Positions 17,983 through 27,346 of a DNA stretch of 64,000 bases are shown here, one piece after another. The notes beneath the pieces are model-generated. The model saw nothing but the letters and a program-made list of their open reading frames with translations, had not been told where the DNA came from and made no database searches. Within the stretch, counting starts at the first letter, position 1. Every line of letters begins with the position of its first letter. The DNA is from an uncultured delta proteobacterium (lineage in GTDB: Bacteria; Desulfobacterota; Syntrophorhabdia; Syntrophorhabdales; WCHB1-27). A program made the position numbers and the translations under genes. Where the stretch lies: contig CAVVPU010000134.1 of assembly GCA_963750015.1 (NCBI GenBank), forward strand, positions 7,137 to 71,136, written 5' to 3'.

Positions 17983-18756
17983 CTAGTAGAATCCTTTGAT
18001 GAGTGAACCCATGAGGAGGTTCCAGCCATCCACGAGAACGAACAACATCAGTTTAAAGGGCAGGGAGATGAACACAGGCGGAAGCATCATCATGCCTGCC
18101 GAGAGGAGGACGCTTGCGATGACCATATCGATTACGAGGAAAGGAATATAGAGAAGGAAACCGATTTGAAATGCCCTCTTCAGCTCGCTTATGGCAAAGG
18201 CAGGGACGATGACCCTGAAGGGTACCTGCGTCTCGTTTGCCGGTCTCGAAAGGCCCGCCATGTTCATGAAAAGCGCCAAATCCTTCTCCTTGGTGAACTT
18301 CAGCATGAAAGTGCTCAGATCTTGTGAGGACCTATCAAAGAACTCCTCATATCCGATCCGGCCGCTCATGAGGGGCGTAAGGGCATCGGTGTTTATCTTC
18401 TGGTAGGTCGGGGCCATGATAAAGAAGGTGAGAAACAATGAGAGGCCCACGATTATCTGGTTCGGTGGAAGCTGGGGCACGCCGATGGCCTGTCGCACGA
18501 AAGACAGGACGATAACGATCCTCGTAAAGGAGCTCATGAGAAGAAGAATGGCCGGCGCAAAGGCCAGTATGGTGAGAATAAGGGCTATGCTGATGAGGTT
18601 TTTGTTCCCCTGCCCCCCTATGAGGGAGCTTATGAGGTCGGGATTTCCTGACGGTGCCGATTTTGCCGCGACATTGACCGGGTGGGCTTTCGCCAGGCAC
18701 GGAGAAGCAGCTCCGATCAATAAGATCACGAGAAGCGCGGCAAGTACAATCCTCAC
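17983..18756 (-). CDS. fliP: flagellar export apparatus protein FliP
   Basis: 257 aa. Signal peptide plus FliP motifs (LLLMSSFTRIVIVLSFVRQAIG, PFKLMLFVLVDGW). Confidence 0.95.
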   Translation of the reverse strand: MRIVLAALLVILLIGAASPCLAKAHPVNVAAKSAPSGNPDLISSLIGGQGNKNLISIALILTILAFAPAILLLMSSFTRIVIVLSFVRQAIGVPQLPPNQIIVGLSLFLTFFIMAPTYQKINTDALTPLMSGRIGYEEFFDRSSQDLSTFMLKFTKEKDLALFMNMAGLSRPANETQVPFRVIVPAFAISELKRAFQIGFLLYIPFLVIDMVIASVLLSAGMMMLPPVFISLPFKLMLFVLVDGWNLLMGSLIKGFY

Positions 18757-19022
18757 GAGGTTTCCTCCTCCTTCTTCCAGGAAGCAAGAAGAGTCATCTC
18801 TTTTTCTCCGACCCCCACAACGATCACTCGGTCCTTCACCTCGATGACCGATACGAACTTCTTGTATCCAAGATGTATGGTTTCGCCTCTTTGCAGCCCC
18901 ACGGTCTTTCCCGGCAGCTTCAACCTCAGTTTTCCGGAATAACGGTAGAGGAGCACGATGCCCGCCACGATAGCCGCGAGGACGAGAAGCATTCTTAAGC
19001 TGCTAAAATAGATGTTTTCCAT
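18753..19022 (-). CDS. fliO: flagellar export protein FliO
   Basis: 89-aa single-TM protein overlapping the fliP start, in the slot between fliN and fliP. Confidence 0.7.
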   Translation of the reverse strand: MENIYFSSLRMLLVLAAIVAGIVLLYRYSGKLRLKLPGKTVGLQRGETIHLGYKKFVSVIEVKDRVIVVGVGEKEMTLLASWKKEEETS

Positions 19023-19333
19023 TAGCCTAGCTTCTGTACCCTTTCTTTGGGGGTCACTATTTCTAACACCCTTACTCCGAGTCTCTCGTTAGCCACGACG
19101 ATCTCGCCCTTTCCCACGAGCTTGTCGTTGACGTAGATGTCGGCAGATTCTCCGGCAAGCCTGTTCAGCTCAATAACCGATCCTCTTGACAAAGAAAGGA
19201 GCTCGCCGATGGCCATCCTCGTTCTTCCTATCTCCACGGATATCTCCACGGGAATGTCGAGGAGACTTTCCATACTCATCTCGTGACCCTGTCCGGTGCT
19301 TACTTCCTGTTCGGCCGATGCGAACTCCTCCAT
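19022..19333 (-). CDS. fliN: flagellar motor switch protein FliN
   Basis: 103-aa SpoA/FliN domain (LLDIPVEISVEIGRTRMAIGELLSLSRGSVIELNRLAGE). Confidence 0.92.
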   Translation of the reverse strand: MEEFASAEQEVSTGQGHEMSMESLLDIPVEISVEIGRTRMAIGELLSLSRGSVIELNRLAGESADIYVNDKLVGKGEIVVANERLGVRVLEIVTPKERVQKLG

Positions 19334-19345
19334 CGTGTCCCCCTG

Positions 19346-20341
19346 CTAAAGTATTTGTTCTATTCTTACTGCTTTGTTTCCCTTGTATATGCCCATTTTT
19401 CCTTTAAGCTTGGGCCTGTCCATTATCATCACGTCGATCGGCTCGTCAACCGCCGTATCGGTCAGAATGAGGCTATCCTCCCTTATCTTCAAGAACTCTT
19501 GAACGGTTATCTTCTTCTTTCCGAGGACGGCCTTCATCTCCAAAGGCACTTCGCTCATGCTCGTCTGCAGCTTCTGAAACCACTTGGCCCTCATTTCCAT
19601 GTCTTCTCTGGAAGGAGTGGAAACGAGGTAACCTTTGATGGTTTCCAGTATTCCGTAAGGCATGCATATCTTCATCCAACTCACTACGTCGGCGATCTCG
19701 ATGGAGAACTCGAGGAGGACGACCGTTTCTTCGAGGGAGACCATGGTAATATAGTTAGGATTGATCTCCGACCTGGAATACTTGCACCTTATCTCATATA
19801 CCGGCTCCCAGGCTTTCTCCATTTCGAGGGAGACCAGATCGACGAGCTTCTTGATCACATTGAATTCAATCTTCGTGAATTCTCTCCCTTCTATCTTGGG
19901 CACGGTAATGGTGTTGCTCCCGAAGACCGTCTCGAGAACGCAGAAAATGAGTTTTGCATCAAAAATAACTATGAAGAATCCCTTGAGATTATCGGTGATG
20001 ACGATGTTCATGTTCGTGGGAAGAGGGAGCGTCTTGATGAACTCACCGTATTCGATGTATTGGGTCGGGGTTATGTTTATGTCAACTTCCCGTTCAAGAA
20101 AAAGGGTCAATGCGGATCTGAGGGACTTCGAGAGCCTATCCGAGATGAATTCCAGGGCAGATAGCCTTTCTTTTCTGCCCTTCGTATACTTCGCGAAATC
20201 GAAGACCTGGGCAGAGACCTGCTCGACTGTTACCGACGCCGCTGCCGCCTCAGGCTCGGGTTCCTTGGCCGTCTCGACGTCACCGTCGGATATGCCTTTG
20301 AGTAGCGCATCTATTTCATCTTGAGATAGTAGCTGTTCCAC
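19346..20341 (-). CDS. fliM: flagellar motor switch protein FliM
   Basis: 331 aa. N-terminal CheY-P binding peptide LSQDEIDALL and a FliM middle domain. Confidence 0.93.
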   Translation of the reverse strand: MEQLLSQDEIDALLKGISDGDVETAKEPEPEAAAASVTVEQVSAQVFDFAKYTKGRKERLSALEFISDRLSKSLRSALTLFLEREVDINITPTQYIEYGEFIKTLPLPTNMNIVITDNLKGFFIVIFDAKLIFCVLETVFGSNTITVPKIEGREFTKIEFNVIKKLVDLVSLEMEKAWEPVYEIRCKYSRSEINPNYITMVSLEETVVLLEFSIEIADVVSWMKICMPYGILETIKGYLVSTPSREDMEMRAKWFQKLQTSMSEVPLEMKAVLGKKKITVQEFLKIREDSLILTDTAVDEPIDVMIMDRPKLKGKMGIYKGNKAVRIEQIL

Positions 20342-20352
20342 GCGCCTCGCTC

Positions 20353-20919
20353 CTACTGCATGATTATGTCGGTAATGTAGACCGCTTGGAGATCGCCCCT
20401 CTTGAAAAAGTGATCCGCGCTGTCAAAGAGTTCCTTCTTCATCTGGTCCCGGCCGGCCACATCCATGAAGGTCTCAGGGGCCTTCGAACCGAGCACGCCG
20501 ATCATTGCATCTCTGATGGCAGGGGTCATCTTTTTCACGTCCTCAGTCGCCTTAGCGTCCCGCACCTGAAGGGCAATCGCCATCTTGACGAACCTGGAGG
20601 GACTCCCGGAAACGTTCATGACAAAGGGATCCAAGGAGACAATAGGTCCGGCATCGGCCCTTACGTCATCTCTTCTGTCATCTCTTCTGTCATCTCTTCT
20701 GTCGTCCTTCCTGTCGTCTCTTCTGTCATCTCTCGCTTCATCCCTGGAAGGCTTGCTCTGCGGATGGGCAGCCGTAATATTCTTGCCGTAGAAATAGTAG
20801 CCGGCTCCTCCGGCAAGAGCGGCGGCAACGATGACGATGAGAATCATCTTGAAGGAGCCCTTCTTCTTTGGAGGTGTTTTGGAACCCGCATTGCTTTCTT
20901 GGATTTCTTCTTCGGCCAT
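20353..20919 (-). CDS. fliL: flagellar basal body-associated protein FliL
   Basis: 188 aa. Single TM, then a FliL domain (IVSLDPFVMNV..., LQAVYITDIIMQ). Lies upstream of fliM. Confidence 0.85.
   Translation of the reverse strand: MAEEEIQESNAGSKTPPKKKGSFKMILIVIVAAALAGGAGYYFYGKNITAAHPQSKPSRDEARDDRRDDRKDDRRDDRRDDRRDDVRADAGPIVSLDPFVMNVSGSPSRFVKMAIALQVRDAKATEDVKKMTPAIRDAMIGVLGSKAPETFMDVAGRDQMKKELFDSADHFFKRGDLQAVYITDIIMQ
20665..20736. repeat. 12-bp tandem repeat x6 inside fliL
   Basis: GTCATCTCTTCT-like units at 20665-20736 encode (DDRR/DDRK)n just after the FliL TM helix. Confidence 0.9.
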
Positions 20920-20946
20920 ATTCTGCTCCTTTCAGTGGAGTGAGAA

Positions 20947-20962
20947 AGCAATATGTATGCCA
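20947..20962 (-). promoter_or_regulatory. sigma-54 promoter upstream of fliL
   Basis: Minus strand TGGCATACATATTGCT is a near-perfect TGGCAC-N5-TTGCW. Its 3' end lies 28 nt upstream of the fliL ATG, with an AAAGGAG RBS in between. Confidence 0.7.
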
Positions 20963-21139
20963 GGGGGGAAAGTGACGGGAAGAACGGCTGAGAGCGGGGA
21001 AAAATGAGTTTATTGCCCTTAAAAGGGTGTGCCTGGAAGCACCCTAAAGCGCGGCCGAGGACAACGATGCGTCAGCCGATTGACGGAAGTCGGGCGATCC
21101 GGACAGTTGGGAGAAGGGGCGGTCCTCGTAGGCTGCAGT

Positions 21140-21186
21140 CATGGATGAAACACGAGAGCGGGAGTGCGCGCCGCGCACTCCCGCTC
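21140..21186 (-). terminator. intrinsic terminator after flgE
   Basis: Perfect 14-bp stem GAGCGGGAGTGCGC/GCGCACTCCCGCTC (21156-21186), 14 nt after the flgE stop. Followed on the minus strand by TCGTGTTTCATCC. Confidence 0.6.
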
Positions 21187-21199
21187 ATGAATCGCTTTG

Positions 21200-22768
21200 T
21201 TACGTGGTCTTCATATTGATCAGGGACTGGAGGATCTCGTCGGTCGTGGTGATGACCTTGGAGTTGGCCTCATAGCCGCTCTGGGCGACTATCATTTCCG
21301 AGAACTGAGTGGCCAGGTCCACGTTCGATTCTTCAAGGGAGTTCGAATTGATCTGTCCCATGCCCCCCGATCCAGGTGCCGACGTATAGGCGACCCCCGA
21401 CACGAGCGTTTCAGAGTAAAGGTTGCCGCCGTCCCTCTCCAACCCCTGGGGGTCGCTGAAGTTGGCGATGTCGAGCTGGTAGAGCTTCAGGATCTGTCCG
21501 TTATCGTACGTTCCCGAGATCACCCCGTTCTGGCTCACGCTGATGCTTTGAAGCACACCTGGCGGGTAGCCGTCCTGGCTCTGGTAGACCGTGTTCGAGG
21601 CTGAGGAATACTGTGTCGTTGCACCCTCTCCCGATGTTGATCCCATGACAAGGTCTATTGTCTGCCCTGCCTGGGCGCCTGCGAAGTTGAAGGTCGTGGC
21701 CTGGGCGTTGCCGCCGGAAGTGAGGACGCCGTTGGAATTGAACGTGAGTATGCCGGACCCTCCCGCGGTGACGGTATCGGCGCTGTTTTGGGGTATGAGG
21801 CTCCACGACCACGTGGAGGTCTGAGAGGTGGGATCGTAGGCGTCCTTATGGAAATAGGTGGTCACCACATGGCCGGTGCCCAACGAATCATAGACGGTTA
21901 TGGAAGACTGGTAGTTGGATGATGTCGAGGGTGACCCCGGGTTGAAGCCCGTCATGGTGAAATTTGTTGCAGTGCCTGTGGTGATTGTGGTGCCCAGGGT
22001 GAGGTTGAGGCCCGTGTCGACCGTATCGCCGCTGACTGAGTCTTTGCCCGTGACGTCCGCGACATCCCCGCCCCCGACAGGCACGGTAAGGTTAAGGACT
22101 TCGCCGGTGGGGAGGGTCAGGGTCGCGGCATAGGTGCTGGCCGTCACCGTGGCCCCCACGGTAAGGGTATAGACGCCGGCCGTAGGGTAGTCGCCGGTAG
22201 CGGCACCCGCGTTGGTCACTCCGCTGTTGCTCGATGTATAGGAGCCGACCCATGCGGAGCTGGCATCGAGGTTGACGACCATGTCGATCGACCCCGACGG
22301 CTTGGGATTGCTCGGCTGCTGGGAAATGACGATATTCCCGTCGACGCCGAAAGCGGTGCCCGTTGTCTGGTCTATGCCTTTCCCCTGAACGTAGTCGCCT
22401 GCGCTGTCGATCATGTTGCCGTTCTTATCGAGGGAAAAGCTGCCGACCCTCGTGTAGTAGGGGGTCTGGTCGGTCGCTTTCTTCACGATGAAGAACCCCT
22501 GCCCGCCTATGGCGAGGTCGGTCGAGGAGTTGGTCGTCTCGAAGGAGCCCTGAGAGAAATCGGTGGTCACCGACTCGAGGCCAGAGCCCCTGCCCACCTG
22601 GGATGTACCGCTTGCCCCGGTGATCGTCTGGTAAAGCACGTCCTCGAACTCGGCGGTCTGCGATTTGTAGCCGACCGTATTCACGTTCGATATGTTGTTG
22701 CTTATTACGTCGAGGGCGTCCGAGTTCGACAAAAGCCCGCTTATGCCTGAGTAGAGTGAACTGAGCAT
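21200..22768 (-). CDS. flgE: flagellar hook protein FlgE
   Basis: 522 aa. N-terminus MLSSLYSGISGLLSNSDALDVISNNISNVNTVGYK and C-terminus MIVAQSGYEANSKVITTTDEIL. Confidence 0.93.
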   Translation of the reverse strand: MLSSLYSGISGLLSNSDALDVISNNISNVNTVGYKSQTAEFEDVLYQTITGASGTSQVGRGSGLESVTTDFSQGSFETTNSSTDLAIGGQGFFIVKKATDQTPYYTRVGSFSLDKNGNMIDSAGDYVQGKGIDQTTGTAFGVDGNIVISQQPSNPKPSGSIDMVVNLDASSAWVGSYTSSNSGVTNAGAATGDYPTAGVYTLTVGATVTASTYAATLTLPTGEVLNLTVPVGGGDVADVTGKDSVSGDTVDTGLNLTLGTTITTGTATNFTMTGFNPGSPSTSSNYQSSITVYDSLGTGHVVTTYFHKDAYDPTSQTSTWSWSLIPQNSADTVTAGGSGILTFNSNGVLTSGGNAQATTFNFAGAQAGQTIDLVMGSTSGEGATTQYSSASNTVYQSQDGYPPGVLQSISVSQNGVISGTYDNGQILKLYQLDIANFSDPQGLERDGGNLYSETLVSGVAYTSAPGSGGMGQINSNSLEESNVDLATQFSEMIVAQSGYEANSKVITTTDEILQSLINMKTT

Positions 22769-22785
22769 GGTACCCTTTCGCCTCC

Positions 22786-23623
22786 TTATTTAATGATCTG
22801 CGTTACGTTGCCTGCTGAAATCGTCGAGCCGTCCGATGCCACGAGGGAAGGTCCGGACGCGCCATTTTGGACGCCAGATATGAGCCGGTAAACATTGTAA
22901 GGACACGTCGTCGATACACCGTTCTTGGTAGCCGTGGCGCCCACAACCGTGTAGCTCCCGGTCGTGTCGCTATACACAGGCGATTGACTCGAGGTAAAGG
23001 TCTGCGTCGTCTGGTTGCCTGACGAATCTTTGAGCGTCAGGGTGAGAGAATCATAGGTCCCGGTCGGGGACAAAGCGACCTCGTCGCCTTCTGATATGGT
23101 CTGGTTGACCGTGTAAGGACAGGTCGTCGACACACCGTTCTTCGTCTGCGTGGCGCCCACGATCGTGTAGCTCCCAGTCGATATCGTTATAGACGGGAGT
23201 TTGACTCGAGCTGAAGGTCTTGGCGCTCGTGGTTCCTGAGGAATCCTTGAGGGTCAGGGTGAGAGAATCATAGCTCCCGGTCGGGGACAGGGTAACGGAC
23301 TCTCCCTGCGAGACGGATGTGGTGCTCACCTGCATGTAATCCCCTATGGACGATGTCCATTGCCCGACGGCCCCTGCCTGCATGGTAGCCGTGAGATTGC
23401 CGATGTCGGTGGCCATGCCTGTGATCGCCTGGACCGAAGTGAGCTCCGACATCTCGGTCACCATCTGGTTTGTGTCCGTGGGGTCAAGGGGGTTCTGGTT
23501 CTTGAGCTGGGTCATGAGAAGCTGCAGGAAGTTATTCTGACTGAGCGTGTTCGTGCCGGAAGTACCTGAAGCGGAAGTGCTATTGGTCGCGGTGTTCGTC
23601 GAGCCTACTGCCTGCGTTGACAT
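22786..23623 (-). pseudogene. flgD: hook assembly/capping protein FlgD, reading frame interrupted by an apparent 1-nt insertion
   Basis: ORF 23051-23623 has the FlgD N-domain (NNFLQLLMTQLKNQNPLDP). ORF 22786-23160, in the +1 frame, continues the same Ig-like repeat. Comparing the two repeat copies places one extra base at about 23181-23186. Confidence 0.8.
22882..23314. repeat. tandem duplication of a 216-bp (72-aa) unit inside flgD
   Basis: Unit 1 is ...SVTLSPTGSYDSLTLTLKDSSGTTSAKTFSSSQTPVYNDI.TGSYTIVGATQTKNGVSTTCPYTVNQT. Unit 2 is ISEGDEVALSPTGTYDSLTLTLKDSSGNQTTQTFTSSQSPVYSDTTGSYTVVGATATKNGVSTTCPYNVYRL. Confidence 0.85.
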
Positions 23624-23634
23624 ATACGCCTCCT

Positions 23635-25458
23635 CTATACGAGCATCTCGAGAACCTCGCCGAATCCCTCGTCCTCTTTGTGGGCGAAGGCGAAGGCCCT
23701 CTGGCGCTCGGTATCTCGTCTATCTTTTCCTTCATAGGTGTTGGAGGAGTTCGGATCGATCGTGACATTCGCGTGAATATCCTTCCCCTCCAGATTCTTT
23801 ATGATCATATCCTTTTGCGACTGGAGCAGACTCGTTATCGCGTCGTGAGAGGCCCTTACCTCCACACTCACCGTTTGCCCAAGGTCTTTCATGCCGAGGA
23901 TGAGGCTCCCTTCACTCCCTATGTCCAATTTTACTGTGAGGTCGTGAGAAACCGACTTCGTGCTGAACCGGTCAAGGACCTCTTGAAAGCGTTCGACTGC
24001 CGCACTTGTCACGTGCAGATCGGACAGCTTGCTGTCCTGCCCCTCTCGGCCGGAGGCAGCGGCATTAGGATCACTGCCCGCGAGGAGTCCGAGGTCTTCC
24101 CGCCCGGACGACTGCCCCTTCTCTCCCGTATCGCTCCGTGATCCTTCTTTATCCTGGTCCTTTAGGAGCGGAGAAAGATCGTGTATTATTGTCGTCATTC
24201 CGGAGGCATTCTTCTTATCATCCACCTGACCCGGCGCCTCCGGGTTGTCCTGCAGGCCCGTTGTCACCGTGCCATCCGGTCCGCCTTGCGCTGCCCTGGC
24301 CGAAGGTTGTCCTATCGTCAAAATGAGCCCGGTGACCCTCTGCTGTTCCTCACCCGCGGGGGTCAGGCCGATTGACGGTCCGGACGATGCGGTACGCGCG
24401 GCGGTCTCGGATGCGGCCTTCCCCTCCCGGTCTGCGCGGTCGCCGACTTGGGACGACTCTTCCTTAAGGACCGTCTCTTTTGTCTGCCCCGTGCCAAGGA
24501 CCCGGTGCAAGAGATCCTTACCTACGTGAGAAGTAAAACCATCATCACTGCCGGAATTGGTATTGCTTTGCGCCCCCCGGTCTGCTGCGGCGCCGCTCAA
24601 CCGCCCATCTTCTCCGATTTGCGAGGAATCGACCATTTGCAGGTATTCGGCCCCATAGGAAGGATTGGCAGAGGCTGCCCCCGCGCCGGCCCCGGTCGAG
24701 GCTCCCCGGTTTCCCGAAGAGGCACCCTCTCCGGTTCCGTCGGTGATCGCCTTCCCGTGAGTCGAAAAGGATAGACCTGTCCCTTCTCCCGTGGAGGTTT
24801 CGACCTGATTCTGGTCCTGGAGTGCAGCTTGAAGGCTGTGAAAGACAAGAAGGGCCAGCATCTCCAGGGTTCCTGTTCCAGAGGAATCGTCGGCCGCCTC
24901 CTTGTGGGAAGTTCCTTCTGAAGACGAGCCGCTGCCGCCGGAGGAAGCTGCCTTCCCGGAAGCGGCGTTCCCGGCGTCTCCTCCTGCATCGTTCAAGGCG
25001 TCGCTTGCCTGCGCCGGCGCGAAACCTTTTGTGCCTTCCTCCCTGTTCACGAGGGACGCAAAAAGCCGGAGCAAAAGGTCTTTTACTTGCTGCTCTGAGG
25101 TCGTATCCCTTTCCCCGTTGACGCCATTTTTATTTCCGAGACCATTTCCGGACAGATTTTCAGCCTCTGTGGCGCCTCCCTTTTCACCAGCCATCGCTTC
25201 TACTGTCCGCAAAATAGCGCTCAGATCCGATACGTCAAGGGCAGGAAAAAGAGTGCCTGCAATTCCGGCAGGCCCATCCACCCCGCTCTGTTGCCCCCCG
25301 CTGTCTTCGGCTTCACTGGCGTTGCTCTTTGAGACGAGATGCAGCACCGCGAGGAAGGAGGCTCCCCCCCCGGCGGCTGAAGCCGACGCCTTTCCTGAAC
25401 CGGAAGCAGCTAAATCGACATTCGAAATCTGGATTAGGTTAGTCAACATGCTCTGCAT
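23635..25458 (-). CDS. fliK: flagellar hook-length control protein FliK
   Basis: 607-aa S/G/A-rich protein with a C-terminal Flg_hook-like segment (LTVKLDIGSEGSLILGMKDLGQTVSVEVRASHDAITSLLQSQKDMIIKNL). Lies between fliJ and flgD. Confidence 0.85.
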   Translation of the reverse strand: MQSMLTNLIQISNVDLAASGSGKASASAAGGGASFLAVLHLVSKSNASEAEDSGGQQSGVDGPAGIAGTLFPALDVSDLSAILRTVEAMAGEKGGATEAENLSGNGLGNKNGVNGERDTTSEQQVKDLLLRLFASLVNREEGTKGFAPAQASDALNDAGGDAGNAASGKAASSGGSGSSSEGTSHKEAADDSSGTGTLEMLALLVFHSLQAALQDQNQVETSTGEGTGLSFSTHGKAITDGTGEGASSGNRGASTGAGAGAASANPSYGAEYLQMVDSSQIGEDGRLSGAAADRGAQSNTNSGSDDGFTSHVGKDLLHRVLGTGQTKETVLKEESSQVGDRADREGKAASETAARTASSGPSIGLTPAGEEQQRVTGLILTIGQPSARAAQGGPDGTVTTGLQDNPEAPGQVDDKKNASGMTTIIHDLSPLLKDQDKEGSRSDTGEKGQSSGREDLGLLAGSDPNAAASGREGQDSKLSDLHVTSAAVERFQEVLDRFSTKSVSHDLTVKLDIGSEGSLILGMKDLGQTVSVEVRASHDAITSLLQSQKDMIIKNLEGKDIHANVTIDPNSSNTYEGKDRRDTERQRAFAFAHKEDEGFGEVLEMLV

Positions 25459-25470
25459 GCAGCAGCTAAT

Positions 25471-25486
25471 AACAAGAAGCGTGCCA
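25471..25486 (-). promoter_or_regulatory. weak sigma-54-like motif upstream of fliK
   Basis: Minus strand TGGCACGCTTCTTGTT has a good -24, but the -12 is TTGT rather than TTGC, and it lies only 13 nt from the annotated ATG. Confidence 0.3.
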
Positions 25487-25596
25487 CAAGCAAAAACTGC
25501 CTAATAACGCCATAAAATAGAAATTTTGGTGGTTAGGGAGGGGGTGAAGGGGGAAAATAATTCCCTGCGGGGAACAATTTTCCCCGGTCTTTTTTG

Positions 25597-26019
25597 TTAC
25601 CTTTCCTGTGGACGCAGAGCGAGTTCGTCGAGCAACTTCTGTTCCTTTCTGTTTCGGACTTTTTCCATTGCCTTGCGAGCCCGGAATCGCAATTTCTCAA
25701 AAACCTTCAGCTCCATCTCGAGAGAAAGCAGGACTTTCCGCAGAAGGGCCGCCTTCCGTTCCCACTCTTCTTTCTCCTTGTGAAGCCGGTCTTTCTTCCA
25801 ATCCAGATAGGCAAGGTGATCGGTCAGCATGGACAATTCTTTTCCCGTGAGGAGGCGGTTTGCCATTTCACCATAGACGCCGGCCGACTCCGCATCCACC
25901 CGGCCTATCTCTTCCACCACTGCCGCCTGCGACGCGAGAACCAACTCCAGGTCTCTCTCTTTTTGCTCCAGCAGTTTTTCCTTGATCTCGATGAGTCTAT
26001 TGAAGCGAAAATCAGACAT
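25597..26019 (-). CDS. fliJ: flagellar export chaperone FliJ
   Basis: 140-aa coiled-coil protein overlapping the fliI stop, in the fliI-fliJ-fliK slot. Confidence 0.75.
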   Translation of the reverse strand: MSDFRFNRLIEIKEKLLEQKERDLELVLASQAAVVEEIGRVDAESAGVYGEMANRLLTGKELSMLTDHLAYLDWKKDRLHKEKEEWERKAALLRKVLLSLEMELKVFEKLRFRARKAMEKVRNRKEQKLLDELALRPQER

Positions 26020-27346
26020 AGAAGAGAATCTTCATGGCGTCCATGGCTTCTTCCAGAGTCGACCTGTCGTCGCTCTTCTGTCTGAGAAAAAGCTTGATCT
26101 TGTCTACCATGGAGACGGCATAATCTATCTTCTTGTTGCTGCCCGACACGTAGGCTCCGATATTGATCAGGTCCTCTGCCCTTTCGTATTCGGAAAGGAC
26201 CTCGATTATCTTGCTCGAATACTCGATTTGCTCTGTTGAAACGATGTCCTTCATGATCCTGCTTATGCTCTTGAGAATATCCACTGCCGGATAGTGGTTT
26301 TCGTTCGCGAGCTTCCGTGACAGGACGATGTGTCCGTCGAGAATAGACCTCGTCGCGTCTGCGATCGGGTCGTCCAGGTCATCCCCTTCGACGAGGACTG
26401 TATAGATGGCAGTCATGGTGCCGTCGCCCTCACCGTTTCCTGTTCTTTCAAGCAACTTGGCAAGGGAGAAGAATACGCTCGGCGTGTAGCCCTTCGTGGT
26501 AGGCGGTTCGCCTATGGAAAGGCCAATCTCCCTCTGGGCCATGGAAAACCTTGTCAACGAGTCCATCAGTAACAGCACATCGTTGCCCCGATCCCTGAAA
26601 TATTCTGCTATCGCTATCGTAAGAAAGGCAGCCCGAACGCGGATAAGAGGAGGCTGATCGGAGGTGGCCACGACGACGATCGAGTGGTTGATGCCTTCCC
26701 GAAGGTCCTTTTCTATGAACTCCCTGACCTCCCTTCCCCTCTCGCCGATAAGGCCTACTACATTCACCTTTGCTTCGGTGTGCCTGGCTATCATGCCGAG
26801 AAGGACGCTCTTCCCTACGCCCGACCCTGCAAAGATACCCATCCTTTGCCCTTTCCCGCACGTGAGAAGACTGTTTATGCTCCGAACCCCCAGGTCGAGA
26901 GGCTCCTGGATACGCCGCTTCTTCATGGGGTTAATCGTATCCCTGTAAATGGGTATCGTTTCCTTACAGTCGAAGAAAGGCCCCTTGTCGTCCATGGGCG
27001 CGCCCAGACCGTCTATGACGCGTCCGAGAAGCGCATCACCGACGGGCATGCAAGCCGTGCGCCTTTTCGAGAGAATCCGTGAGCCTATCCCTATGCCTCT
27101 CAAGTCTCCGAGGGGCATGAGCAGAGTGCGCCCATTGCGGAAACCGACAACTTCACCCGGAATAGGAGAAGGATCGCTGAGCGGGTATATGAGGGCGGCA
27201 TCGCCTACGGAGGCGGGAGGTCCTTTCCCTTCGATCACGTAGCCCACGACCTGGTTCACCCTTCCATATGTTCTGTATGGATAGATTCCCTTGAGATATT
27301 CCCTGGTGCCTTGGACCCTTTCCTCAAGTTCCATGGTACCCGGCAA
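26012..27346 (-). CDS. fliI: flagellum-specific ATPase FliI
   Basis: 444 aa. Walker A GSGVGKS, Walker B LLLMDSLTR, F1/T3SS ATPase family. Confidence 0.96.
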   Translation of the reverse strand: MPGTMELEERVQGTREYLKGIYPYRTYGRVNQVVGYVIEGKGPPASVGDAALIYPLSDPSPIPGEVVGFRNGRTLLMPLGDLRGIGIGSRILSKRRTACMPVGDALLGRVIDGLGAPMDDKGPFFDCKETIPIYRDTINPMKKRRIQEPLDLGVRSINSLLTCGKGQRMGIFAGSGVGKSVLLGMIARHTEAKVNVVGLIGERGREVREFIEKDLREGINHSIVVVATSDQPPLIRVRAAFLTIAIAEYFRDRGNDVLLLMDSLTRFSMAQREIGLSIGEPPTTKGYTPSVFFSLAKLLERTGNGEGDGTMTAIYTVLVEGDDLDDPIADATRSILDGHIVLSRKLANENHYPAVDILKSISRIMKDIVSTEQIEYSSKIIEVLSEYERAEDLINIGAYVSGSNKKIDYAVSMVDKIKLFLRQKSDDRSTLEEAMDAMKILFYV

